Shown here: positions 47,356 through 55,512 of the stretch, piece after piece | How the letters are laid out: the number at the start of each line of letters is the position of its first letter | Numbering within the stretch: the stretch's first letter is position 1 | NCBI GenBank assembly: GCA_036507635.1 | Contig: DATCIQ010000003.1 | Location: forward strand, 1-55,512 | Length of the DNA stretch: 55,512 bases | From: Gammaproteobacteria bacterium | Lineage (GTDB): Bacteria > Pseudomonadota > Gammaproteobacteria > Steroidobacterales > Rariloculaceae | Reading direction: 5' to 3' | The notes under the pieces: model-generated | Databases searched by the model: none | What the model saw: the letters and a program-made list of their open reading frames with translations, nothing else | What the model was told of the DNA's origin: nothing | Made by a program: the position numbers and the translations under genes

Positions 47356-48349
47356 TGCATTGAGCACATTGACGGGCTCGTTGTGCGCGTGGCTGCGCGA
47401 GCCGCTTGCTGCGCTCGAAGCCGCGCACCGCGGCGGTCGACTCGGGCATGCGTGGCTGATCGTCGGGCCGCCCGGTCTCGGCAAGCTCAATCTTGCGCTC
47501 GTGTTCGCGGACCGTCTTCTGCGAGGCCGCGTGGGCACGCAAACGCCGCCCGAGCTGTCCGCGGTACTGGCACTCGAGGCGATGAGCGATCGACACAAGC
47601 CCGTGGACCATCACCCGGATCTGCATTGGCTCTTTCCCGAGGAGGGCAAACGCTCGGTCAGCATCGAGCAGATACGCGACGTGATCGAATCGCTCGCCCT
47701 GAAGGGCCATCAGGGCGGCGCCAAGGTGCTAGTGATCGAGCCCGCGGAAGCGATGACTGCGGCCGCGGCGAACGCGCTTTTGAAGTCGCTCGAGGAACCG
47801 CAAGGGCAAACCTACATGTTGCTCGTGAGCGAGCAGCCCGGTCGGCTCCCAAGCACGATACGCAGCCGCTGCCAAACCCTGATCGTGCACGGCCCGAAAA
47901 CCGCAGCCGTCGCAGCCGGCGGGCCCGTGGCAGGCTCGCGAGCCGAGCTTGCCCCGTTGCGCGTGGCGCAACAAAATACAGCAGACTATCATTTATTTAT
48001 TAATGAATTAAATGATTCTCTTAATGCTATTTATGAGGGAAAACGGGACCCCCAAAGCGTCGCCGATGAGTGGCTGAAGAAAGGCGACCTGGCCGCGATC
48101 CTCGATTGGCTGATCGCTCACGTCCGTCGGGGGGTACGCGCGCGCGTCGTCCTCAGCCGCTCGAACCCCATCACAGAACCGCGACGGGCCGTATTGCATA
48201 ATGAATGGCAGGCGCTGACACTCGCCAAGCTGTTCGAGCAGCTCGCTGCAGCCGAACGACTTCGCGAGCAGCAGGGCGGTGGCATCAACGCCGAGCTCGC
48301 GCTGCGCGTGCTGTTACTTGGCTTCGTTCCCGAGCGAGGGCGACCGTGA
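47345..48349 (+). CDS. holB: DNA polymerase III delta-prime subunit
   Basis: HAWLIVGPPGLGK, AANALLKSLEEP and SRCQ motifs, 334 aa from the ATG at 47345. It contains an anomalous AT-rich in-frame patch (see findings). Confidence 0.88.
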   Translation: MAVDALSTLTGSLCAWLREPLAALEAAHRGGRLGHAWLIVGPPGLGKLNLALVFADRLLRGRVGTQTPPELSAVLALEAMSDRHKPVDHHPDLHWLFPEEGKRSVSIEQIRDVIESLALKGHQGGAKVLVIEPAEAMTAAAANALLKSLEEPQGQTYMLLVSEQPGRLPSTIRSRCQTLIVHGPKTAAVAAGGPVAGSRAELAPLRVAQQNTADYHLFINELNDSLNAIYEGKRDPQSVADEWLKKGDLAAILDWLIAHVRRGVRARVVLSRSNPITEPRRAVLHNEWQALTLAKLFEQLAAAERLREQQGGGINAELALRVLLLGFVPERGRP

Positions 48350-48684
48350 GCAAACCCGGATTATTGACACTGACGATCAAGGACAAGAGCGCTCTGTATC
48401 TTGCCTACATGCCGTTCGTGCAAAACGGCGGGCTGTTCATCCCCACGAATTCGAGCTACAAGCTCGGTGACGAGGTATTCATGCTGCTGAGCGTGATGGG
48501 CGAGGAGGAGAAGATTCCAGTCGCCGGACGCGTCATCTGGATCACGCCGAAAGGCGCCCAGGGCAAACGTACCGCCGGAATCGGCGTGCAGTTCAGCGAG
48601 CAAGATCAAGGCAATACGCAAAAACGCATCGAGAACTATCTCGCCGGCGCGCTCGGCGGCGACAAGCCCACCCACACCATCTAG
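48346..48684 (+). CDS. PilZ domain protein (type IV pilus assembly PilZ)
   Basis: 112 aa with a GTG start overlapping the holB stop (GTGA). LTLTIKDKSALYLAYMPFVQNGGLFIPT...GIGVQF, in the conserved position after holB. Confidence 0.85.
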   Translation: MSKPGLLTLTIKDKSALYLAYMPFVQNGGLFIPTNSSYKLGDEVFMLLSVMGEEEKIPVAGRVIWITPKGAQGKRTAGIGVQFSEQDQGNTQKRIENYLAGALGGDKPTHTI

Positions 48685-49721
48685 AGCTCGTTGTGATTCA
48701 GACCGCCCTTGAGAACGTAGGTTTGAAACCCGCGTTCGTTGAGAATGAACGCTCCGGCAGAGCTGCGTCGGCCCGTATCGCAGCACACGACATATTTGAC
48801 CGCCGGATCCAGCGTTTTGAGCTTCAAGCGAATGAAATATAGGGGAACGTTGATCGCGCCCTCGTTGTGATACGCCTCGAATTCGCTCGGCAGGCGCACA
48901 TCGAGCCACTGACCGCCGCTCGCCACGATTTTCTCGGCCTGCTCCTTGTCGACCCAATCGAGCATTGGTTCATTGAGCAACGTGTGGAAATCCTGCTTGC
49001 CGAGCCGCATCAGCGAGCCATCCGTCTCCATATATACAGTAGCATTGCGCTTCGCCTGAGAAATCAGCGCTTCCTCGCCGAACGTATCGCCGACCTCGAG
49101 CTCCGCCAAGCGTATACCTTCCTTATTGAGCGGCGTCTCGCGCGTCACAATGCAGCGGCCGCGCGTAATGACGTAGAAGTAGTCGCCTTCGTCGCCTTGC
49201 TTGATCACGACGTCGCCGGCCTTGTAGTTGACCTGTTGCAGACGCATGAAAATCGCCTGGATGTTCGCCGGCGGGATTTTGTGGAAGGCTTTCGTCTGCA
49301 GCAGCGTGGTCATCCAATCGTCGCCGGTACTGGCATGGCCTTGGAGCTCGCTGACTTCGTACTGTCCCGTCTGGTCCCAGGTCAACATCACGTCGAGTAA
49401 ATCACTGTCGATCGTGATGTACTGAGTGCTCGTCGTAGCGATGGCCGTGTAGTGACGGGGGAGTTGCGGCGCCAGTGGATTGCGTGAGTCCTCGCTGCCG
49501 CCGATGACGGCGGTCATGACCTTGTCGCCCTTGCGCAAGTCGACGCTGCCGCTCAATACGTATACGGTGCGTTTCCCCGTATCGCCCTCATTGAACAAGT
49601 GCTCGCCGGGTTGCGCTTCGCGGACCTCGGTCTTTTCGACGAGCGCCTGCAGGTTGTCCTTCTTGAGGCTACTCAGGGGGATAAGGGTCTTCAGTTGCTG
49701 TAGGTCGACGTGTTTACTCAT
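48681..49721 (-). CDS. Tandem cyclic-nucleotide-binding domain protein with a C-terminal rhodanese domain
   Basis: 346 aa. The second CNB domain has a canonical phosphate-binding cassette (GDTFGEEALISQAKRNATV), whereas the first CNB domain is degenerate. The rhodanese domain has the Cys loop CCDTGRRS. Confidence 0.78.
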   Translation of the reverse strand: MSKHVDLQQLKTLIPLSSLKKDNLQALVEKTEVREAQPGEHLFNEGDTGKRTVYVLSGSVDLRKGDKVMTAVIGGSEDSRNPLAPQLPRHYTAIATTSTQYITIDSDLLDVMLTWDQTGQYEVSELQGHASTGDDWMTTLLQTKAFHKIPPANIQAIFMRLQQVNYKAGDVVIKQGDEGDYFYVITRGRCIVTRETPLNKEGIRLAELEVGDTFGEEALISQAKRNATVYMETDGSLMRLGKQDFHTLLNEPMLDWVDKEQAEKIVASGGQWLDVRLPSEFEAYHNEGAINVPLYFIRLKLKTLDPAVKYVVCCDTGRRSSAGAFILNERGFQTYVLKGGLNHNEL

Positions 49722-49809
49722 TCGACGAGGATTCTGGCGCGAGGTCGAGTGCTACCCTTTATCCGAAGCGAGTCTAGCATAGCCGCTTTGCTTAGGTCTG
49801 ATAACGATT

Positions 49810-51852
49810 TCACGCTGGAACGGCGAGCAGGCGCCATCCCGCGTGCGGTGCAAAACGAGGCCCGAATTGTTCCGCCAACTGCTCCAAACGGTGCACCAAT
49901 GTCTCGACACCGCGTTGGCGCGCATAGTTGATCGGCCCGCCGCGAAACGGCGCGAACCCCGTCCCGAATACGACTCCGGCGTCCAATAGATCGGCGTCCG
50001 CGACGATCCGCTCGGCAAGGCATGCGACGGCCTCGTTGACGAGCGGCAGCATGAGCCGATCCTCGAGGTCCGGGCTCGGCCGCGGGTGGTCGCGACGCTT
50101 CTGCGGCCGGCCTTCCACGTACCTATAAAAGCCCTCGCCGCTCTTGACTCCGAGCTTGCGGCTGTCGACCTTGGCAGCGAGCAACTTCGGTACCGCGCCG
50201 CCGTATACAGCACCGAGAATATCGGCGACATGACGCGCAATATCCAGTCCGACCCGATCCGCAAGCTCGATCGGACCCATCGGCATTCCGAACGACGTCG
50301 CCGCCGCGTCGATGGTCTCGAGCGCATGACCATCCTCATGTGCCCGCAACGCTTCCAGCATGTATGGCAAGAGAATCCGATTGACGAGGAACCCCGGCGA
50401 GCTGCGGCAGGGCAGGGGCAGCTTGCCGATTTGAATCACGAACGACAGGGCGCGCCGGAACGTTTCCTCGCCCGTGGCGGGCCCGCGGACGACCTCGACG
50501 AGCGGCAACTGCGCCACGGGGTTGAAAAAGTGCAGGCCGATGAAACGCTGCGGAGCGGTGAACACCGGCGCAATGTCTTCGATGCGAATGCTCGAAGTAT
50601 TGGTCGCGACCACGGCGTCCGCTTTGAGCTTCGGCTCGAGGCCCCGAAATAACGATGCCTTGGCTTCGAGATTCTCGATGATCGCCTCGACGACGAGGTC
50701 CGCCGCGCCCGCTCCTGCACCCTCGAGGTCGGCCTGCAAGCGGGCATCCGCGTCCGCCGCCGCGCCCGGCGCTTTGAGGCGGCTCGCGAACAACTTGCGC
50801 GCGCGTTCCAGCGCGGGCGTGATGTATTCCATTGCTCGATCCTGGAGCGTCACGTCCATGCCCCGCAATGCGCACCACGCGGCGATATCGCCGCCCATGA
50901 CGCCGGCCCCCACGACGTGCACGCGCTGGACCGTCGAAGTCCTCGGCGCAAGATTGCGCAACCGCTCGCGCAGATGAAACACGCGCACGAGATTCCTGCA
51001 AGTTGCCGTAACCAGCAGGCGGCCAATGGATTCGACTTCCGCGCGATAAGCCGCCTCTCCGTGCGCGCCGTAGCGGCGCCACAAATCGATGATGGCAAAC
51101 GGGGCCGGGTAATGCTCCGCGGATGCCCGGCGCGCAACGCGCGCGTGTGCTCGATTCGCAATCAACGCGCGCACGGGCGCGTAGCGGAGCAGGCGCAAGT
51201 ACCATGGCGCCCGGCGCCGACGCGGCCTGGCTGCAATGAGCGCCGCCGCCGCTTCGCGCATGGCTTGCGGCTCGACCACTCGGTCGACGAGTCCGGCTTG
51301 CAACGCCTCCGACGGAGACAGCTGCCGTCCAGTCAGCATGAGATCGAGCGCCAGCGGCGCGCCGAGCAACTCGACGGCTCGCACGGTGCCGCCGAAACCC
51401 GGATGAATGCCGAGCTGTATCTCGGGTAGCCCGAGCGTCCGCTCGTAGCCGCGCGCGGCGACGCGATAGTCGCAGGCGAGCGCAAGCTCGAGACCGCCCC
51501 CCAATGCAAAGCCGTTGATGAGGGCAACAGTGGGGAAATCGAGCGCCGCGATGCGTGCCATGAGATGCTGACCGCGGGCGGCCGCCTGCGTTCCTTGCAG
51601 AGCTGTGTGGAGCGCGCCGAACTCGCCGACGTCGGCGCCGAGGATGAACCCCGACGATTTAGCCGACCTGATGACGAGCCCCGCGGGCGGTTTGCCGCCG
51701 ACGGCCGCGTCGAGCACGCGCTCGAGCTCGGTGAGGACGTCTTGCGACAGCGTATTGCTGCCGGAATCGGCTTTGTCGAGCGTCAACCAACAGATGCCCA
51801 CGCTATCGGTCTCGACGACCCAATGCTCGAGCGGCGGCGCGGCCACATTCAC
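49810..51852 (-). CDS. Fatty-acid oxidation multifunctional enzyme (enoyl-CoA hydratase / 3-hydroxyacyl-CoA dehydrogenase, FadB/FadJ-like)
   Basis: 680 aa with a GTG start. N-terminal crotonase fold (GFALGGGLELALACD) and central NAD-binding motif VVGAGVMGGDIA. Confidence 0.9.
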   Translation of the reverse strand: MNVAAPPLEHWVVETDSVGICWLTLDKADSGSNTLSQDVLTELERVLDAAVGGKPPAGLVIRSAKSSGFILGADVGEFGALHTALQGTQAAARGQHLMARIAALDFPTVALINGFALGGGLELALACDYRVAARGYERTLGLPEIQLGIHPGFGGTVRAVELLGAPLALDLMLTGRQLSPSEALQAGLVDRVVEPQAMREAAAALIAARPRRRRAPWYLRLLRYAPVRALIANRAHARVARRASAEHYPAPFAIIDLWRRYGAHGEAAYRAEVESIGRLLVTATCRNLVRVFHLRERLRNLAPRTSTVQRVHVVGAGVMGGDIAAWCALRGMDVTLQDRAMEYITPALERARKLFASRLKAPGAAADADARLQADLEGAGAGAADLVVEAIIENLEAKASLFRGLEPKLKADAVVATNTSSIRIEDIAPVFTAPQRFIGLHFFNPVAQLPLVEVVRGPATGEETFRRALSFVIQIGKLPLPCRSSPGFLVNRILLPYMLEALRAHEDGHALETIDAAATSFGMPMGPIELADRVGLDIARHVADILGAVYGGAVPKLLAAKVDSRKLGVKSGEGFYRYVEGRPQKRRDHPRPSPDLEDRLMLPLVNEAVACLAERIVADADLLDAGVVFGTGFAPFRGGPINYARQRGVETLVHRLEQLAEQFGPRFAPHAGWRLLAVPA

Positions 51853-51855
51853 TCC

Positions 51856-52611
51856 CTACGCCGCGACACGCTTGTCACGAACGACTTCGAAATCGCAGAT
51901 GAGCGGCAGGTGGTCCGACAGCTGTACTTTCGGAATGTGGAAACCCTTGACCTCGATGCCTTTGCCATAGAGAACGAAGTCGAGCTCCTTGCGCGGCGAG
52001 CGACTGGGGTAGGAGGGCAATCCCTCCACGTTGGCGCTCTTCAATCCCGCCGCTTTCATGAACAAGTAGATCTCGTGCTCGCCCCAAAACGTATTGAAGT
52101 CACCGGCGATGAGCGCCGGCTTCGGCGCGGCAACGACGAGATCGTGTAGGGATCGAAGTTGCGCTTGACGGTGCCGATACTTGAGCGACAAGTGCACGAG
52201 GAAAATCGCGCATTCCTCGAGCTCTAATTCGATGGTGAGCCGCTTGATGCCCTTCTCGAAGTAGTGAAACCGCTCACCATGAACGCGCGGTGCGGCCAAG
52301 AACGCGTTGCCCTGCTTGCGAACGATCGGCACCATGTGGTTGATCGACGTCACGCCATACTTGGATTGATAAACGGAATAATGGCCGAGAGCACGCGCAA
52401 TGCTCTCCGCCTGATTGACCTTGCGCGTTCTAATGGAGCCCGAATCCACCTCGATGAGCCCGACGATATCCGGATCCTGGCTCTTGATGAAGGTCGTGAT
52501 GCGCTCAAGATTCTCCTGATTGCCCATGAGGTAGCCGACCCCCGGCAGAGGCCAGCGCATGCTCGAGCCGAACCCGATCCCGTAGCAGATGTTGTAGAGC
52601 AATAGCCGCAT
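51856..52611 (-). CDS. Endonuclease/exonuclease/phosphatase (EEP) family protein
   Basis: MRLLLYNICYG..., IVGLIEVD, IAGDFN and SDHLPL are EEP signatures. The ATG at 52611 is preferred over the TTG at 52638. The gene ends 3 nt before the FadB-like gene. Confidence 0.82.
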   Translation of the reverse strand: MRLLLYNICYGIGFGSSMRWPLPGVGYLMGNQENLERITTFIKSQDPDIVGLIEVDSGSIRTRKVNQAESIARALGHYSVYQSKYGVTSINHMVPIVRKQGNAFLAAPRVHGERFHYFEKGIKRLTIELELEECAIFLVHLSLKYRHRQAQLRSLHDLVVAAPKPALIAGDFNTFWGEHEIYLFMKAAGLKSANVEGLPSYPSRSPRKELDFVLYGKGIEVKGFHIPKVQLSDHLPLICDFEVVRDKRVAA

Positions 52612-52761
52612 CGCGCCGCTTAGTTTACCGGACGGCAACCCCTATTGAACCGTGCGCCACGCAAGGATTTGGGATAGCCGGAAAGCATTACACGGTGCAT
52701 TGCAAATACGGACGCCGAGGAGTACGGTCCCGGTCAGCGCGACGTCGAGGGACAGGTCTCA

Positions 52762-53214
52762 ATGTCGGAACAAAACCCGATCCGTGTATTCGTTACGCAC
52801 GTGTTCTCGAGTCATCCCGACTATCACCGCGTGTTCGAGTATCTCGAGAGCTCGAGCAATTTTTTCTATAAGAACTGCAGCGTACCGGAGATGCCGAAGG
52901 CCGGCGGCAAGGAAGCCATGAAGGAAGCGTTGCTGGAGCAAATCCGCGCGGCCGAGATCGTCATCGTTGTGAGCTCGATGTACTCCGAAAACCGCGACTG
53001 GATTGCCTACCAAATGGACGTCGCGCAAGCCGCCGACATCCCGATCGTGGCGTTGGCCGGATTCGGCGGAACGGGGAGGATCCCCGAGGAAGTGAAGGGA
53101 CGGGCCGCGGAAGTCGTCGAGTGGAACGAGCGGCTGATGGTCGATGCAGTGCGTAAGCATGCCCGTCACGAGGATACCAAACGCTGGGACGTGATCGAAT
53201 TCGACATGTCCTGA
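52762..53214 (+). CDS. TIR-like domain protein (DUF1863 / ThsB-like fold, by-eye assignment)
   Basis: 150 aa. IRVFVTHVFSSHPDY at the N-terminus, then EALLEQIRAAEIVIVVSSMYSENRDWIAYQMDVAQAADIPIVAL. This matches the beta-alpha pattern and W-containing helix of MTH538/TIR-like domains. Confidence 0.5.
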   Translation: MSEQNPIRVFVTHVFSSHPDYHRVFEYLESSSNFFYKNCSVPEMPKAGGKEAMKEALLEQIRAAEIVIVVSSMYSENRDWIAYQMDVAQAADIPIVALAGFGGTGRIPEEVKGRAAEVVEWNERLMVDAVRKHARHEDTKRWDVIEFDMS

Positions 53215-53216
53215 CC

Positions 53217-54158
53217 ATGAAACCGCGTCCGTCGGTCATCGCCCATCGCGGGGCGAGCGGTTATCTGCCCGAGCACACGTCCGAGGCGAAAGTATTGGCG
53301 CATGCCATGGGCGCCGATTACATCGAGCAGGACGTCGTCGCGACGCGCGATTCCGAGCTCATCGTCATCCACGATATTTTTCTCGACGACGTAACCGACG
53401 TGGCGGAAGTGTTTCGCGGGCGCGCGCGCGACGATGGTCATTATTACGCCATCGATTTCGATCTCGCGGAGATTCGCGAGCTCCGCGTCGTCGAGCGGCG
53501 CCACAGGGGCACTGACAAGCCGTTGTATGCAGGTCGTTTTCGGGGGCATGACGCACGTTTTCGCGTCGCCACGCTCGGCGAGGAAATCGCGCTGCTTCAG
53601 GGTCTCAACGCCACCAGCGGCCGGCTGGCCGGCATTTGTCCCGAAATCAAGGAGCCGCGGTGGCACTTCGAACATGGCGTGGATCTCGCCCAACTCGTGT
53701 TGCGGGAGCTCGGTCGCTACGGGTATCGGGACCATGAATCGCCTCTCTATGTCCAATGCTTCGACTCGCGCGAGCTCAAGAGAATGCGCACCGAGCTCGG
53801 CACGCGACTCAAGTTGTTGCAACTTCTGCCGGCAAGCGATGCCGCGTCGCCGACATTGACGCCCGAAATATTCGCGCCGATCGCCGACTACGCGGCCGCA
53901 GTCGGGTTGCCGTACGAGCTCCTCGTCGACCGCAGCGGCGGGCGCGCGCCCGTCTTGGCGCCGTCGTCGTTGCTGCCGATCGTGCGCAACGCCGGGCTCA
54001 CCGTATTCGCCTACACGTTGCGCCGCGATCGCGTGCCCGATTGGGCACCGTCCTTCGAGGAGCTGCTGCGGCTCTTGCTCGCGGAACCGTCGGTCGGCGG
54101 CCTGTTCTGCGACCACCCCGACATCGCCGTGCGCGTCCGTAATTCATTGTCGTCGTAG
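53217..54158 (+). CDS. Glycerophosphodiester phosphodiesterase (GDPD family, cytoplasmic, GlpQ/UgpQ-like)
   Basis: VIAHRGASGYLPEHT and YIEQDVVATRDSELIVIHD are GDPD catalytic motifs, and there is no signal peptide. The gene starts 2 nt after the TIR-like gene's stop. Confidence 0.88.
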   Translation: MKPRPSVIAHRGASGYLPEHTSEAKVLAHAMGADYIEQDVVATRDSELIVIHDIFLDDVTDVAEVFRGRARDDGHYYAIDFDLAEIRELRVVERRHRGTDKPLYAGRFRGHDARFRVATLGEEIALLQGLNATSGRLAGICPEIKEPRWHFEHGVDLAQLVLRELGRYGYRDHESPLYVQCFDSRELKRMRTELGTRLKLLQLLPASDAASPTLTPEIFAPIADYAAAVGLPYELLVDRSGGRAPVLAPSSLLPIVRNAGLTVFAYTLRRDRVPDWAPSFEELLRLLLAEPSVGGLFCDHPDIAVRVRNSLSS

Positions 54159-54230
54159 GGTTATTTTCCTCATGGACAGCCTTTGGAAACTGGCCTAGAG
54201 TGGCCCTAAAGGCGGCGCCAGAGAAGCCCG

Positions 54231-54854
54231 ATGAAAGATCGCACGTCATTGTTCATCGCCCTGTGGCTGGCGGCCTGCACGAGCACGAGCCAGGTCAGCA
54301 ACGAGCCCGTCGATCGTTGCGAGACGACGGATTGTTTCAATCAGCAGCAGGTGCGTAACTTCGAGATTGTCGACGAAACGACGCTCGTGGTTTACGTCGG
54401 CAATCAGAACTGCCCGTTTCGCGTCGAGTTCACGGGTGCTTTCTGCGATTTGACGTTTCTTCCGGGCAGCGACTTGGTGTTTCGACCCGACACGTTGCGC
54501 GCGGCACGAGAGCCGGACAACGTGTTGATGCGCGTGTGCTCGCGCGACAGCAATCTCGGCATCGACGAAGGTCCTTTCAGCACGGCGCCGGGAGGCGACG
54601 AGTTCCCGGATGGTCGCAACCCGTGCCGCGTCCGGGATATCGCTTCGCTGACGGACGACGAGCTGCTCGAGCTTTATGTGGAGAAGCAAATCACGGCGCC
54701 GCCGCCGCCGTTCGGGACGGGCGAGATTACCGTTCCCGATGAGCCTGAGGAAGAAGGCGAGGCAGCGGACGCAAACGACGCCGCGCAGGACGCCGAGGCC
54801 GCGCCGGACCAGGAGCAGGCGCCGGTTTCAGCGCCGCAAACGCCGGATCTCTAG
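54231..54854 (+). CDS. Lipoprotein with a Cys-containing globular domain and an acidic low-complexity tail
   Basis: Lipobox LWLAAC at residues 11-16. The C-terminal PDEPEEEGEAADANDAAQDAEAAPDQEQAP tract is acidic and likely disordered. Confidence 0.7.
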   Translation: MKDRTSLFIALWLAACTSTSQVSNEPVDRCETTDCFNQQQVRNFEIVDETTLVVYVGNQNCPFRVEFTGAFCDLTFLPGSDLVFRPDTLRAAREPDNVLMRVCSRDSNLGIDEGPFSTAPGGDEFPDGRNPCRVRDIASLTDDELLELYVEKQITAPPPPFGTGEITVPDEPEEEGEAADANDAAQDAEAAPDQEQAPVSAPQTPDL

Positions 54855-54855
54855 C

Positions 54856-55512
54856 TTATAGCTGACAATTGGGGCGCACGCCGGAGTCGCGCACGGCGTT
54901 GTATTCCTGGAGCGCCGACGTCAGATGCGGTACGAGATCGGCCATGCGCGTCTCGGGAGCGGGGTGAGTGGACGCAAACTCAGGCGCCGGTCCTTCTCGC
55001 TCCTCGGACATTCTGCGCCACATGTAGAGCGCGGCTCGCGGATCGTAACCGGCTTTCGCCATGTAATTCACGCCGACCGCGTCGGCCTCGGTCTCCTGGG
55101 CGCGACTGAACGGCAAGAATATCCCCAGCATCACGCCTTCGCGAATCATGCCGCCGAGTCCCGTGGCCGCATTGCCGATGACGCTCAGCGTCTCGGCGCG
55201 CGCCGCGCGGCGCTCGCGTTCGAGAACATGACCTTGCGTCAAATGCGCAGCTTCGTGGCCGATGACCGCAGCCAGCGCGTCCGGAGTATCCGCAACGTCG
55301 AGAATCCCCGAGTAGATTGCAACCTTGCCGCCCGGCAAAACCTGGGCATTCTTTTGGTCGTCGTCAAAAACGATGACCTCCCAGTCCAGCTGCTTGTAGG
55401 AATCGTCGAGAACGCCGACGATTCGGCTGGCGACGCAGGTTACGTAGCTTTGCACATGCCGGTTCGGATGGATGGGCAGGTGCCTTTTCATCGTCAGCCA
55501 TTCCACGCGGTA
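54856..55512 (-). CDS. M48-family zinc metalloprotease (N-terminus probably beyond the window edge)
   Basis: HEAAHLTQGH (HExxH), NAQVLPGGKVAIYSGIL and ETEADAVG. The reading frame stays open to the window end. Confidence 0.82.
   Translation of the reverse strand, partial: YRVEWLTMKRHLPIHPNRHVQSYVTCVASRIVGVLDDSYKQLDWEVIVFDDDQKNAQVLPGGKVAIYSGILDVADTPDALAAVIGHEAAHLTQGHVLERERRAARAETLSVIGNAATGLGGMIREGVMLGIFLPFSRAQETEADAVGVNYMAKAGYDPRAALYMWRRMSEEREGPAPEFASTHPAPETRMADLVPHLTSALQEYNAVRDSGVRPNCQL

Noticed and set aside
52762-53214. Canonical Thoeris system
   Set aside because: No ThsA-type SIR2/SLOG or TM-Macro gene is adjacent. The by-eye catalytic Glu position is Gln. It is kept only as a non-canonical candidate.
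53166-54116. 316-aa minus-strand ORF antisense to the GDPD gene
   Set aside because: The plus-strand frame carries the diagnostic GDPD motifs (HRGASGYLPEHT). The antisense product has no recognisable features.

Overview
This is a 55.5-kb chromosomal segment that looks high-GC by eye. Its gene order resembles Xanthomonadales/Nevskiales-like Gammaproteobacteria; that placement is an inference from synteny and the REP type, not a search result.

Most of the window is core genome:
- infC-rpmI-rplT-pheS-pheT-ihfA-merR-like-tRNA-Pro(GGG)
- ilvD and a fused aspartokinase/diaminopimelate decarboxylase
- a ~12-kb uninterrupted minus-strand amino-acid cluster: ilvC-ilvE-leuC-leuD-leuB, then TrpR/YerC-like-hisG-D-C-B-H-A-F-E
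- a Prx5-type peroxiredoxin, etfB-etfA, a 3-mercaptopyruvate sulfurtransferase and an aminotransferase
- an AddB/AddA-like nuclease-helicase pair
- a partial type II secretion operon (gspG-N) with a divergent rhombosortase-like gene
- fabG-acpP-fabF-pabC-mltG-tmk-holB-pilZ
- a tandem cNMP-binding/rhodanese protein, an EEP-family gene followed by a FadB-like gene, a TIR-like (DUF1863-like) gene followed by a GDPD phosphodiesterase, an acidic-tailed lipoprotein and a truncated M48 protease

I saw no rRNA, CRISPR array, transposase, integrase or prophage genes.

Best candidates for something new:
1. A tRNA-Pro-adjacent convergent pair: an ExeA-like P-loop/FHA fusion and a divergent class III nucleotidyl-cyclase-like protein.
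2. A translationally coupled TIR-like + GDPD pair next to a divergent EEP gene.
3. A sharply AT-rich, in-frame 75-nt patch inside holB.

Other notable points are non-canonical starts (infC ATC, hisF ATT), an attenuator-like leader upstream of ilvC, a REP family that supplies stop codons, and a perfect 25-bp inverted repeat between lysC-lysA and hisE.

All family assignments come from reading motifs by eye; no searches were run. Coordinates of non-ORF features may be off by 1-2 nt.
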